DNA of 64,000 bases. Source: Heterodontus francisci (taxonomy: Eukaryota). Positions 48,016 through 62,015 of this stretch are shown one piece after another; the stretch's first letter is position 1; each line of letters starts with the position of its first letter. The notes beneath the pieces were generated by a model. That model saw only the letters and a program-made list of their open reading frames with translations, was not told where the DNA came from and ran no database searches. The stretch spans positions 39,194,437-39,258,436 of the forward strand of contig NC_090409.1 of NCBI RefSeq assembly GCF_036365525.1. The letters run 5' to 3'. Position numbers and translations under genes: made by a program.

Positions 48016-48695
48016 ACAAACACATTCCTTATGGCAGTTCCCTTGGCACCAGCATGGCATGGACAGTCCTGCCTATACCCCTGTCCCTTACAGTGTGAGG
48101 GACTGAAACCTCACCCAACATCACAGGTCACCTGTGGTTCAGTGGGGAGCTCGAGTCCAAAGGTCGTGGGTTTACAGACTCACTCCAGAGACCTGAGCAC
48201 ATAATTCAGACTGAAATTCCCAGTCCCGAGGGAGCACCGCAGTGTCGGATGTGCTGTACAGAGGGAGTGCTGCATTGTCAAAGGTGCTATCTTTCAGATG
48301 AGAAGGTAAATCGCGGCCCCGCCTGCTCTCTTTGGTAAAAACACCCATTGCCAATAGTAAAAAAAAGTAGAGGCCCTCTTCAACCATCAATCAACATCAC
48401 TAAAAACAGATTATCTGGGTCATTATTTCATTGCTGTTTAGGGCAGTTGGCTGTGTGCAAATTGGCTGCTGCATTTCCCACTTTAAAACAGTGAGATTTG
48501 GGCCAAAAAAATGTTCATTTCAAAAGTACTTATTGCTGTAAAACGTGATGGGGCGTCCTGTGGCTGTGAAAGGCGCAACATAAATGCAAGTTTTTCGAAG
48601 TTGCTCCAAGGTGACCCTGCCATACCGCAGTGTGATCATGTGGTGGCGCTGTTGCCCCGTTTGTAGTTGAGTTGGACAGCGACGCCATCTAGTGG

Positions 48696-51600
48696 CTGAA
48701 CCCCTTTAATACAGGAACCAGACTCTGGGTCAATCCGACTGAACCCCTTTAATACAGGAACCAGACTCTGGGTCAATCCGACTGAACCCCTTTAATACGG
48801 GAACCGGACTCTGGGTCGATCCGACTGAACCCCTTTAATACAGGAACCAGACTATGGGTCGATCCGACTGAACCCCTTTAATACAGGAACCGGACTCTGG
48901 GTCGATCCGACTGAACCCCTTTAATACAGGAACCGGACTCTGGGTCAATCCGACTGAACCCCTTTAATACGGGAACCGGACTCTGGGTCGACCAGGCTGA
49001 ACCCCTTTAATACAGGAACCGGACTCTGGGTCGATCCGACTGAACCCCTTTAATACAGGAACCAGACTCTGGGTCAATCTGACTGAACCCCTTGAATACA
49101 GGAACCAGACTCTGGGTCGATCCGACTGAACCCCTTTAATACGGGAACCGGACTCTGGGTCGATCCGACTGAACCCCTTTAATACAGGAACCAGACTCTG
49201 GGTCGATCCGACTGAACCCCTTTAATACAGGAACCGGACTCTGGGTCGATCCGACTGAACCCCTTTAATACAGGAACCGGACTCTGGGTCAATCCGACTG
49301 AACCCCTTTAATACAGGAACCGGACTCTGGGTCAATCCGATTGAACCCCTTTAATACAGGAACCGGACTCTGGGTCAATCCGACTGAACCCCTTTAATAC
49401 AGGAACCAGACTCTGGGTCAATCCGACTGAACCCCTTTAATACAGGAACCGGACTCTGGGTCAATCCGACTGAACCCCTTTAATACAGGAACCGGACTCT
49501 GGGTCGATCCGACTGAACCCCTTTAATACAGGAACCAGACTCTGGGTCGATCCGACTGAACCCCTTTAATACAGGAACCAGACTCTGGGTCAATCCGACT
49601 GAACCCCTTTAATACAGGAACCGGACTCTGGGTCAATCCGACTGAACCCCTTTAATACAGGAACCAGACTCTGGGTCAATCCGACTGAACCCCTTTAATA
49701 CAGGAACCAGACTCTGGGTCGATCCGACTGAACCCCTTTAATACAGGAACCGGACTCTGGGTCGATCCGACTGAACCCCTTTAATACAGGAACCGGACTC
49801 TGGGTCGATCCGACTGAACCCCTTTAATACAGGAACCAGACTCTGGGTCAATCCGACTGAACCCCTTTAATACAGGAACCGGACTCTGGGTCGATCCGAC
49901 TGAACCCCTTTAATACAGGAACCGGACTCTGGGTCGATCCGACTGAACCCCTTTAATACGGGAACCAGACTCTGGGTCAATCCGACTGAACCCCTTTAAT
50001 ACAGGAACCGGACTCTGGGTCGATCCGACTGAACCCCTTTAATACGGGAACCGGACTCTGGGTCGATCCGACTGAACCCCTTTAATACAGGAACCAGACT
50101 CTGGGTCGATCCGACTGAACCCCTTTAATACGGGAACCAGACTCTGGGTCAATCCGACTGAACCCCTTTAATACAGGAACCGGACTCTGGGTCGATCCGA
50201 CTGAATCCCTTTAATACGGGAACCGGACTCTGGGTCGATCCGACTGAACCCCTTTAATACAGGAACCGGACTCTGGGTCAATCCGACTGAACCCCTTTAA
50301 TACAGGAACCAGACTCTGGGTCGATCCGACTGAACCCCTTTAATACAGGAACCGGACTCTGGGTCGATCCGACTGAACCCCTTTAATACAGGAACCAGAC
50401 GCTGGGTCGATCCGACTGAACCCCTTTAATACAGGAACCGGACTCTGGGTCGATCCGACTGAACCCCTTTAATACAGGAACCGGACTCTGGGTCGATCCG
50501 ACTGAACCCCTTTAATACAGGAACCGGACTCTGGGTCGATCCGACTGAACCTCTTTAATACAGGAACCGGACTCTGGGTCGATCCGACTGAACCCCTTTA
50601 ATACGGGAACCGGACTCTGGGTCGATCGGACTGAACCCCTTTAATACAGGAACCGGACTCTGGGTCGATCCGACTGAACCCCTTTAATACAGGAACCGGA
50701 CTCTGGGTCGATCCGACTGAACCCCTTTAATACGGGAACCGGACTCTGGGTCGATCCGACTGAACCCCTTTAATACAGGAACCAGACTCTGGGTCGATCC
50801 GACTGAACCCCTTTAATACGGGAACCGGACTCTGCGTCGATCCGACTGAACCCCTTTAATACAGGAACCGGACTCTGGGTCGATTCGACTGAACCCCTTT
50901 AATACAGGAACCAGACTCTGCGGTCGCTCCGACTGAACCCCTTTAATACGGGAACCGGACTCTGGGTCGATCCGACTGAACCCCTTTAATACAGGAACCG
51001 GACTCTGGGTCGATCCGACTGAACCCCTTTAATACAGGAACCGGACTCTGGGTCGATCCGACTGAACCCCTTTAATACAGGAACCGGACTCTGGGTCGAT
51101 CCGACTGAACCCCTTTAATACGGGAACCGGACTCTGGGTCGATCCGACTGAACCCCTTTAATACAGGAACCAGACTCTGGGTCGATCCGACTGAACCCCT
51201 TTAATACAGGAACCGGACTCTGGGTCGATCCGACTGAACCCCTTTAATACAGGAACCGGACTCTGGGTCAATCCGACTGAACCCCTTTAATACAGGAACC
51301 GGACTCTGGGTCAATCCGACTGAACCCCTTTAATACAGGAACCGGACTCTGGGTCAATCCGACTGAACCCCTTTAATACAGGAACCAGACTCTGGGTCAA
51401 TCCGACTGAACCCCTTTAATACAGGAACCGGACTCTGGGTCAATCCGACTGAACCCCTTTAATACAGGAACCGGACTCTGGGTCGATCCGACTGAACCCC
51501 TTTAATACAGGAACCAGACTCTGGGTCGATCCGACTGAACCCCTTTAATACAGGAACCAGACTCTGGGTCGATCCGACTGAACCCCTTTAATACAGGAAC

Positions 51601-54600
51601 CGGACTCTGGGTCAATCCGACTGAACCCCTTTAATACAGGAACCAGACTCTGGGTCAATCCGACTGAACCCCTTTAATACAGGAACCAGACTCTGGGTCG
51701 ATCCGACTGAACCCCTTTAATACAGGAACCGGACTCTGGGTCGATCCGACTGAACCCCTTTAATACAGGAACCGGACTCTGGGTCGATCCGACTGAACCC
51801 CTTTAATACAGGAACCAGACTCTGGCTCAATCCGACTGAACCCCTTTAATACAGGAACCGGACTCTGGGTCGATCCGACTGAACCCCTTTAATACAGGAA
51901 CCGGACTCTGGGTCGATCCGACTGAACCCCTTTAATACGGGAACCAGACTCTGGGTCAATCCGACTGAACCCCTTTAATACAGGAACCGGACTCTGGGTC
52001 GATCCGACTGAACCCCTTTAATACGGGAACCGGACTCTGGGTCGATCCGACTGAACCCCTTTAATACAGGAACCAGACTCTGGGTCGATCCGACTGAACC
52101 CCTTTAATACGGGAACCAGACTCTGGGTCAATCCGACTGAACCCCTTTAATACAGGAACCGGACTCTGGGTCGATCCGACTGAATCCCTTTAATACGGGA
52201 ACCGGACTCTGGGTCGATCCGACTGAACCCCTTTAATACAGGAACCGGACTCTGGGTCAATCCGACTGAACCCCTTTAATACAGGAACCAGACTCTGGGT
52301 CGATCCGACTGAACCCCTTTAATACAGGAACCGGACTCTGGGTCGATCCGACTGAACCCCTTTAATACAGGAACCAGACGCTGGGTCGATCCGACTGAAC
52401 CCCTTTAATACAGGAACCGGACTCTGGGTCGATCCGACTGAACCCCTTTAATACAGGAACCGGACACTGGGTCGATCCGACTGAACCCCTTTAATACAGG
52501 AACCGGACTCTGGGTCGATCCGACTGAACCTCTTTAATACAGGAACCGGACTCTGGGTCGATCCGACTGAACCCCTTTAATACGGGAACCGGACTCTGGG
52601 TCGATCGGACTGAACCCCTTTAATACAGGAACCGGACTCTGGGTCGATCCGACTGAACCCCTTTAATACAGGAACCGGACTCTGGGTCGATCCGACTGAA
52701 CCCCTTTAATACGGGAACCGGACTCTGGGTCGATCCGACTGAACCCCTTTAATACAGGAACCAGACTCTGGGTCGATCCGACTGAACCCCTTTAATACGG
52801 GAACCGGACTCTGCGTCGATCCGACTGAACCCCTTTAATACAGGAACCGGACTCTGGGTCGATTCGACTGAACCCCTTTAATACAGGAACCAGACTCTGC
52901 GGTCGCTCTGACTGAACCCCTTTAATACGGGAACCGGACTCTGGGTCGATCCGACTGAACCCCTTTAATACAGGAACCGGACTCTGGGTCGATCCGACTG
53001 AACCCCTTTAATACAGGAACCGGACTCTGGGTCGATCCGACTGAACCCCTTTAATACAGGAACCGGACTCTGGGTCGATCCGACTGAACCCCTTTAATAC
53101 AGGAACCGGACTCTGGGTCGATGCGACTGAACCCCTTTAATACAGGAACCGGACTCTGTGTCAATCAGACTGAACCCCTTTAATACAGGAACCAGACTCT
53201 GCGGTTGCTCCGACTGAACCCCTTTAATACAGGAACCAGACTCTGTGTCAATCAGACTGAACCCCTTTAATACAGGAACCAGACTCTGCGGTCGCTCCGA
53301 CTGAACCCCTTTAATACGGGAACCGGACTCTGGGTCGATCCGAGTGAATCCCTTTAATACAGGAACCGGACTCTGGGTCGCTCCGACTGAACCCCTTTAA
53401 TACAGGAACCGGACTCTGGGTCGATCCGACTGAACCCCTTTAATACAGGAACCGGACTCTGTGTCAATCAGACTGAACCCCTTTAATACAGGAACCAGAC
53501 TCTGCGGTCGCTCCGACTGAACCCCTTTAATACAGGAACCGGACTCTGGGTCGATCCGACTGAACCCCTTTAATACAGGAACCAGACTCTGGGTCAATCA
53601 GACTGAACCCCTATAATACAGGAACCGGACTCCAGGTCGATCCGGCTGAACCCCTTTAATACAGGAACCGGACTCTGGGTCGATCCGACTGAACCCCTTT
53701 AATACTGGAACTGGACTCTGGGTCAATCCGACTGAACCCCTTTAATACGGGAACCGGACACTGGGTCGATCCGACTGAATCCCTTTAATACAGGAACCGG
53801 ACTCTGGGTCGATCCGACTGAACCCCTTTAATACGGGAACCGGACTCTGGGTCGATCCGACTGAACCCCTTTAATACAGGAACCGGACTCTGTGTCAATC
53901 AGACTGAACCCCTTTAATACAGGAACCAGACTCTGCGGTCGCTCCGACTGAACCCCTTTAATACGGGAACCGGACTCTGGGTCGATCCGAGTGAATCCCT
54001 TTAATACAGGAACCGGACTCTGGGTCGCTCCGACTGAACCCCTTTAATACAGGAACCGGACTCTGGGTCGATCCGACTGAACCCCTTTAATACAGGAACC
54101 GGACTCTGTGTCAATCAGACTGAACCCCTTTAATACAGGAACCAGACTCTGCGGTCGCTCCGACTGAACCCCTTTAATACAGGAACCGGACTCTGGGTCG
54201 ATCCGACTGAACCCCTTTAATACAGGAACCAGACTCTGGGTCAATCAGACTGAACCCCTTTAATACAGGAACCGGACTCCAGGTCGATCCGGCTGAACCC
54301 CTTTAATACAGGAACCGGACTCTGGGTCGATCCGACTGAACCCCTTTAATACAGGAACCGGACTCTGGGTCGATCCGACTGAACCCCTTTAATACGGGAA
54401 CCGGACTCTGGGTCGATCCGACTGAACCCCTTTAATACAGGAACCAGACTCTGGGTCAATCAGACTGAACCCCTTTAATACAGGAACCAGACTCTGCGGT
54501 CGCTCCGACTGAATCCCTTTAATACAGGAACCGGACTCTGGGTCGATCCGACTGAACCCCTTTAATACGGGAACCGGACTCTGGGTCGCTCCGACTGAAA

Positions 54601-55530
54601 CCCTTTAATACAGGAACAGGACTCTGGGTCGATCTGACTGAACCCCTTTAATACAGGAACCAGACTCTGGGTCGATCCGACAGAACCCCTTTAATACAGG
54701 AACCGGACTCTGGGTCGATCCGACTGAACCCCTTTAATACAGGAACCGGACTCTGGGTCGATCCGACTGAACCCCTTTAATGCAGGAACCGGACTCTGGG
54801 TCGATCCGACTGAACCCCTTTAATACGGGAACCGGACTCTGGGTCGATCCGACTGAACCCCTTTAATACAGGAACCGGACTCTGGGTCGATCCGACTGAA
54901 CCCCTTGAATACAGGAACCGGACTCTGGGTCGATCAGGCTGAACCCCTTTAATACAGGAACCGGACTCTGGGTCGATCCGACTGAACCCCTTTAATACAG
55001 GAACAGGACTCTGGGTCGATCCGACTGAACCCCTTTAATACAGGAACAGGACTCTGGGTCGATCTGACTGAACCCCTTTAATACAGGAACCAGACTCTTG
55101 GTCGATCCGACTGAACCCCTTTAATACAGGAACCAGACTCTGGGTCGATCCGACTGAACCCCTTTAATACAGGAACCGGACTCTGGGTCGATCCGACTGA
55201 ACCCCTTTAATACAGGAACCGGACTCTGGGTCGATCCGACTGAACCCCTTTAATACAGGAACCAGACTCTGGGTCGATCCGACTGAACCCCTTTAATACG
55301 GGAACCCGACTCTGGGTCGATCTGACTGAACCCCTTTAATACAGGAACCGGACTCTGGGTCGATCCGACTGAACCCCTTTAATACAGGAACCGGACTCTG
55401 GGTCGATCCGACTGAACCCCTTTAATACAGGAACCGGACTCTGGGTCGATCCGACTGAACCCCTTTAATACAGGAACCTTACTCGGTGTCGATCTGACTG
55501 AACCCCTTTAATACAGGAACCAGACTCTGG
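48696..55530. repeat. 43-bp satellite array, about 159 units (gactgaacccctttaatacaggaaccggactctgggtcgatcc)
   Basis: Uninterrupted tandem array with internal block duplications. Confidence 0.98.
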
Positions 55531-55609
55531 GTGGTATTGACTGGATGGCTGTGTGGAGAGCTGACTTGGACTGGATGGGCTGAATGGCCTCCTGTGCCTT
55601 CTATGACTC

Positions 55610-57550
55610 TCTCTAACATTCTTCCTTCAATGAAGACTGCAGGGGGGCATGCCAGCAGCAGGTATATCTCAAAATGCGGTGTCAACCCAGTGAAGCTACA
55701 ATCTAGGACCACTTGCATGTGAAACAGCATAAGCAGCGTGCGATAGACAGAGCTAAGTGATCCCAGAACCAATGGATCAGATGTAAGCTCTGCAGTCCTG
55801 CCACATCCAGTGGTGAATGGCGGTGGACCATTAAACAACAAACTGAAGGAGGTGGTTCCACAAATATCCCCATCCTCAATGATGGGGAAGTCCAACACAT
55901 CAGTGCAAAAGATAAGGCTGAAGCATTTGCAACAATCTTCAGCCAGAAGCGCTGAGTTGATGATCCATCTCAGCCTCCTCCTGAAGTCCCCAGCATCACA
56001 GATGCCAGTCTTCAGCCAATTTGTTTCACTCTGCGTGATATCAAGAAACGACTGAAGGCCCTGGATACTGCAAAGGCTATGGGCCCTGACAATATTCCGG
56101 CAATAGTACTGAAGACCTGTGCTCCAGAACTTGCCACACCCCTAGCCAAGCTTTCCAGTACAGCTACAACACTGTCATCTGCCTGACAGTGTGGAAACTT
56201 GCCCAGGTATGTCCTGTACATAGAAAGCAGGACAAGTCCAACCCGGCCATTTACTGCCCCATCAGTCTACTCTCAATCATCAGTAAAATGATGGAAGGTA
56301 TCATTGACAGTGTTATCAAGCAGCATTTGTTTAGCAATAACCTGCTCAGTGATGTTCAGTTTGGGTTCCATCAGGGCCACTCAGCTCCTGACCTCATTAC
56401 AGCCTTGGCTCAAACATGGACAAAAGAGCTGAACTCCAGAGGTGAGGTGAGAATGACTGCCCTTGATATCAAGGCAGCATTTGACCGAGTATGGCATCAA
56501 GGAGCCCTGGAAAAATTGGAGTGATTGAGAATCGGGGAAAAATTCTTCGCTGGTTGGAGTCGTATCTAACGCAAAGGAAGATGGTTGTGGTTGTTGGAGG
56601 TCAATCATCTCAGCTCCAGGACATCACTGCAGGAGTTCCTCAGGGTAGTGTCCTAGGCCCAACCATCTTCAGTTACTTCATCAATGACCTTCTTTCAATC
56701 ATAAGGTCAGAAATGGGGATATTCACTGATGATTGCACAATATTTAGCACAATTCGCGACTCCTCAGATACTGAAGCAGTCCGTGTAGAAATGCTGCAAG
56801 ACCTGGACCATATCCAGGCTTGGGCTGATAAGTGGCAACTAACATTTGTGCCACACAAGTGCCAGGCAATGACCATCTCCATTAAGAGAGAATCCAACCC
56901 TCTTCCCTTGACATTCAATGGCATTACGATCGCTGAATCCGCCGCTATCAACATCCTGGGTGTTACCATTGACCAGAACTGGAGTAACCATATAAATACC
57001 GTGGCTGCAAGAGCAAGTCAGAGGCTGGGAATCCTGCAGTGAGTAACTCACCTCCTGACTCGCCAAAGCCTGTCCACCATCTACAAGGCACAAGTCAGGA
57101 GTGTGACGGAATACTCTCCACTTGCCTGGTGCAGCTCCAACAACACTCAAGAAGCTCAACACCATCCAGAACAAAGCACTTGATTGGCACCCCATCTACA
57201 AACATTCACTCCCTCCACCACCGACGCACAGTGGCAGCAGTGTGTACCATCTACAAGATGCACTGCAGCAACTCACCAAGGCTCCTTAGACAGCACCTTC
57301 CAAACCCATGACCTCTACCAACTAGAAGGACAAGGGCAGCTGATGCATGGGAACACCACCACCTGCAAGTTCCCCTCCAAGTCACACACCATCCTGACTT
57401 GGAACTGTATCGCCGTTCCTTCACTGCCATTAGGTCAAAATCCTGGAACTCCCTTCCTAACAGCACTGTGGGTGTACCTACCCCACATGGACTGCAGCGG
57501 TTCAAGAAGGCAGCTCACCACCACCTTCTCAAGGGCAATTAGGGATGGGC
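55610..57550 (+). mobile_element. CR1-superfamily LINE, degenerate ORF2 RT and 3' end
   Basis: YCPISLLSIISK, QFGF, ALDIKAAFDRVWH, GVPQGSVLGP, FTDD. Confidence 0.92.
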
Positions 57551-57689
57551 ATTATGGAGCCAAGACAGGTGGATGGAGTTCAGATACAGATAGCCATGAT
57601 CACGTTGAATTTCAGGACAGGCTCGAGGGGCTGAATGGCCTCCTCCTGTTCCAATATTCCAATATATTATCAATGGAGATAGTTCTATC

Positions 57690-58500
57690 TCTCCTATAAA
57701 GTCCTTTAATCATCGTAAACATCTCAATTAGATCTCTCTTAATCTTCATTATTCAAGCCTCTTCTGTGCAACCTCTCCACATAATTTAACCCTTTTCATC
57801 CCATTACCATTCTGGTAAATCTGTGCTGCACCCCCTCCAAGGCCAATATATCCTTCCTGAGGGGCGGTGCCCAGAACTGAACACAGTGACTCCAGATGGG
57901 GCCAGACCAGTGATTTATATAATATAACTTCTACCTCTTTATATTCCAGCCCTCTCGAGATAGAGGCCAACATTCCATTCACCTTTTAAATTATTTCTTG
58001 TAACTGTCCACCCAATATATAATGTTGTAAAACAGCCTGTAGCATTTCCTAGACAGTGAGGTGGAGGGAGAAGAGTCAGGAGTGTTAACTGAAAACAAGA
58101 TCAGAGAGATACATTGGGAAGAAGCCTTCGAAGGATGGTTGAGGTGAAGCCAGGCAGGGAAAGGGGGTCAGGCAGAAAGTCTCAGAGTGTGGGGTCAATA
58201 TGGTTTAAAGAGGAGTTTACATAGGATATACGACACAAACACAGGCCATTCGGCCCAACCAGTCCATGCTAGTGTTTATGCTCCACCCAAGCCTCCTCCC
58301 GTCTTTCCTTATCTAAATCTATCATTGTAACCCTCTGTTCCCTTACTCCTCATGTGTTTATCCAGCTTCCCCTTAAATGAATCAATACTATTCACCTCAA
58401 CCACTCCCTGTGGGAGCGAGTTCCACATTCTCACCACTCTCTGGGGAAAGAAGTTTCTCCTGAATTCCCGACTGGATTTCTGGGTGACTATATAGGATTA
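57690..58500 (-). mobile_element. CR1 3' fragments
   Basis: RGLEYKEVEVILYKSLVWPHLE; CR1-type tail at 58230-58490. Confidence 0.7.
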
Positions 58501-58994
58501 CATAGGAATTATGGCACAAGGAGGGAAAGGAAGGAGGTGCATGTGGAGGAGGAGAGAACTGGAAGATGAAAGGCCTTGACTCAAACACAGGACTAAAGGA
58601 GATTCCAAGTGGAAGAGTGAGAGGGGAAACACAATGAGGACGAGGAATTGGAAATCAATGGGTTGGTACATCAGGGCCAATGATGATTGGTGAGGACATG
58701 GGTGATAAGGAACAGGGCAGACAGCAGTTACTGAAGGTTTGTGTGAGTTGTGATGGATAGAGGGGATCAATCAGGAGGCCAGTAAGGACAGTATTGGAGT
58801 GGGAACATAATAAAGGCTGGGATAAGATTGACTTTGGAAAACAAACAGTTCCAAAATAATGAACAGGCTTGGAGTTGTTTGCACTTGTATTTTCAGTTTG
58901 TTGTAACCGACCTCTGTCTGCCCAGTTTTTACTTTGGAGATGATCCAGTGTCTCATTCCTGTAAACCTTGAGGTCAGTTAGTGTTTAATTGTTG

Positions 58995-59890
58995 GTGAAT
59001 AAAAAGAACGTGCATTTCTATAGCGCCTTTCAGGATGGCACAAAGTGCTTCACAGCCAATGAAATACTTTTCTTGAAATGTGGTCACTGTTGTAATGTAG
59101 GAAACGAGGCAGCCAATTCCTGCACAGCAAGATCCCACAAACAGCAATGTGAAAATGACCCAGATTGTTTGTTTTAGTGATGTCGGTTGAGGGATAAATA
59201 TTGTCCCCAGGACACCGGGGAGAACTCCCCCCCACCGCTCTTCTTCCAAATAGTGGCCGTGGGATCTTTTACACCCACCTGAGAGGGCAGACGGGGGCCT
59301 CGGTTTAATGTCTCATCTGAAAGATGGCACCTCCGGCAGTGCAGCACTCCCTCAGTACTGACCGTCCAACAGTGCAGCACCCCCTCTGTACAGACCCTCC
59401 GACAGTGCAGCACTCCCTCAGTACAGACCCTCCGACAGTGCAGCACTCTCTCAGTACTGACCCTCCGACAGTGCAGCACCCCCTCAGTACTGACCCTCTG
59501 ACAGTGCAGCACCCCCTCAGTCCTGACTCTCCGACAGTGCAGCACCCCCTCAGTACTGACCCTCCGACAGTGCAGCACCCCCTCAGTACAGACCCTCCAA
59601 CAGTGCAGCACTCTCTCAGTACTGACCCTCCGACAGTGCAGCACCCCCTCAGTCCTGACTCTCCGACAGTGCGGCACTCCCTGCGACAGTGCAGCACTCC
59701 CTCAGTACTGACCCTCCGACAGTGCAGCACTCCCTCAGTATTGACCCTCCGACAGTGCGGGGCTCCCTCTGCACCGACCCCCCGGCAGTGCGGGGCTCCC
59801 TCTGCACCGACCCCCCGACAGTGCGGGTCTCCCTCTGCACCGACCCCTCCGACAGTGCGGGGCTCCCTCTGCACCCACCCTCAAATAAAG
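58995..59890 (-). mobile_element. Deu-SINE-type element with an internal 33-bp tandem expansion (about 59335-59870)
   Basis: Unit ccctccgacagtgcagcactccctcagtactga; the paralog at 24215-24480 lacks the expansion. Confidence 0.75.
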
Positions 59891-60460
59891 CTTGATTTTT
59901 GTGCCCAAGTCCTGGAGAGCTACCAACTGAACCACAGCTGGATCTCAAATTCAGTGAAAGAAAACACCCTGGAAGATGTGGATTCAGTTCTGAGGAACAG
60001 TCAGAGAATAAAATAGAATAGAAACAGCACAGGGGGAGGAGAATGGAGCTGAAAGGGTTAAACTCTGTTTCTGTTTTGACAAATTGAGGTTTTGCAGCAT
60101 TTCCTGTTCAGACATTTCTGTAAAAACCTGATCTCAATGTTTCAGTTTCAGGGATGGTCTGGACTGATCCATTCCCACACTGAGGGGGGAGTGTGTAATA
60201 ATGGTGCAGCCTCTGTCAGGAAAAGCCGTGTTAAAAGCTGCTTTTCCCGGGAAGGGATTTGAGTGAAACAACAATCCGAGTGTCGGCCACCGGGAAACTG
60301 TTCACTTCAGACCATGGGGATCCATAAGGGATCGAGACAGGGACTGATTTCCCCCACCACCCCACATTTTGCTTTTGTCTCCATCACAACTGTTTTCCGC
60401 TACATCTGAACAGCTGTTTCAGGGTTTTTAGTGTTTTTGTGATAATCCAGGATCGGGGCA

Positions 60461-60481
60461 ATGGATGGGAAAACACTGCAG
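60461..60481 (+). CDS. Gene C exon 1: MDGKTLQ
   Basis: ATG with cag|gtactg donor; paralog of gene B exon 1. Confidence 0.7.
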
Positions 60482-60826
60482 GTACTGTCAGTGTCTCACA
60501 CCCGGGGAGAGGGAGGGAGATGTGGGGGAAAGTTTCCCTCCCCAAGGATTCGCCTCTTTATTGTTTATCGCCCTCGAAACAGGAGGAGAATTTGTTCCAT
60601 TTCGGGGCTTTGTGTTTCTGACCCTGAGGCAGGGTCTCGTTTATAAAAGGAGAAATGTCAGACATTGGAGATGGAGCGAGAGAAACTGTGTTTAAACTGA
60701 AAATAAACACCTAGCTGTTAATCTTCACCCGGGGGTGGGGAACACAGTGACACAGCCCGGTTCAGAAATGGACATGAGCAGCAAGAAACTGTGGTAAAGG
60801 GGGGTAACTGTGTTTTCTTGTTGCAG

Positions 60827-60881
60827 GGACCCAACTTCCAGAAACTCCTCCTCCTGCTGCTGCTGCTAAATGCTGTTGCAG
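60827..60881 (+). CDS. Gene C exon 2, signal peptide: GPNFQKLLLLLLLLNAVA(G)
   Basis: ttgcag acceptor and gtaagc donor; in-frame 9-nt deletion relative to gene B. Confidence 0.85.
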
Positions 60882-62015
60882 GTAAGCACTGTGACTGCTC
60901 TCACATTTCAGCAGAGCTCGGGGCTGCTGGTGATATGGATTATATCAGGATTGATCTTCCTGGATGGTGCTAACCTTGTGAATTTATACAGACTGCAGTT
61001 AGCTATCTCCTGGAAAGAACATTTGTCTGGGTGTCTGGGACTGAAATCAGTAATGTGTATATTACTGGGGAATAGTCTTCATTATATCAGGAATTCATCT
61101 TGCTTTAAGGTGCTGTGTTCACTGTGAGTGGGCCCATTGAGGGAGTGGACACAGTCGGTTCACATTACACATAATGATCATGAGACCTGAAAGGAAGGCA
61201 GTTAATGTCTTCAGATTAACCCCTGTGATGTGAACAGTGGAATCTGGACACTGAGCAACACTCGGTGACACTGGGATGGGTGACTGGGGTCCAGTGGTAC
61301 TGGGATGGGGTCCTGAGCACTGGGATCAGGAGTCTGGGACAGTCCTGGATCAAATAGAACTGGGAATTGCCTCTGAGCATGGGGAGTAGGGTCATCAGGA
61401 CTGGGGGTTGTGTTTTGGGTCCTGGGAGGGGGCAGAGTCTGGCCGTATTGGGGTGAGGAGCAAGGTCTGACAGGTTAGTGGTGGAGGGAGATGAGGATCC
61501 ACATTACCTCGGCCCCTTTCAGACCATCAGGTGCAGCCTCACCCCCTACACAGTGTACTCGTCCGTCATTGTCCCCCCAACCTGTCCAAAGCCCTTTCCA
61601 CATCCTCGGGTACCCCCTCCCCCACCCGTTCCTGTCTTTACATTTCAGGGTCAGTTTTCTGCTCCTGAGCTCCACCTCACATTGTGCACCCCCAGTCTGT
61701 CATTGTTCTCCCAAAGTGGGGAGGTGGGCAGGGTGACCAATATCCTGATGTGTTCTCCCAGCATGTGTACAATGGGAAACACACGATTCAAAGTGCTGTC
61801 CAGCTGCTCTGTGGATACAAATATCCAGCACAAGCTGGTTTTAGTTGAAGGCCCTTAATGCCTGACCTTTAACCTTCCCACAGAAATGAAAGCAGTGAGT
61901 TACTGATCAGTGCTTCTTGTAAATCAAGCATCGCAGTGTAACCATGTGGAGCTTGGGATGGAATGTACCAGCAGGGAGGTTATATCTGTGGATAAATACT
62001 TTCAATCTTTTCCAG

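Noticed and set aside
48696-55530. CRISPR-like array
   Set aside because: Units are contiguous with no unique spacers, there are no cas genes, and the context is eukaryotic.
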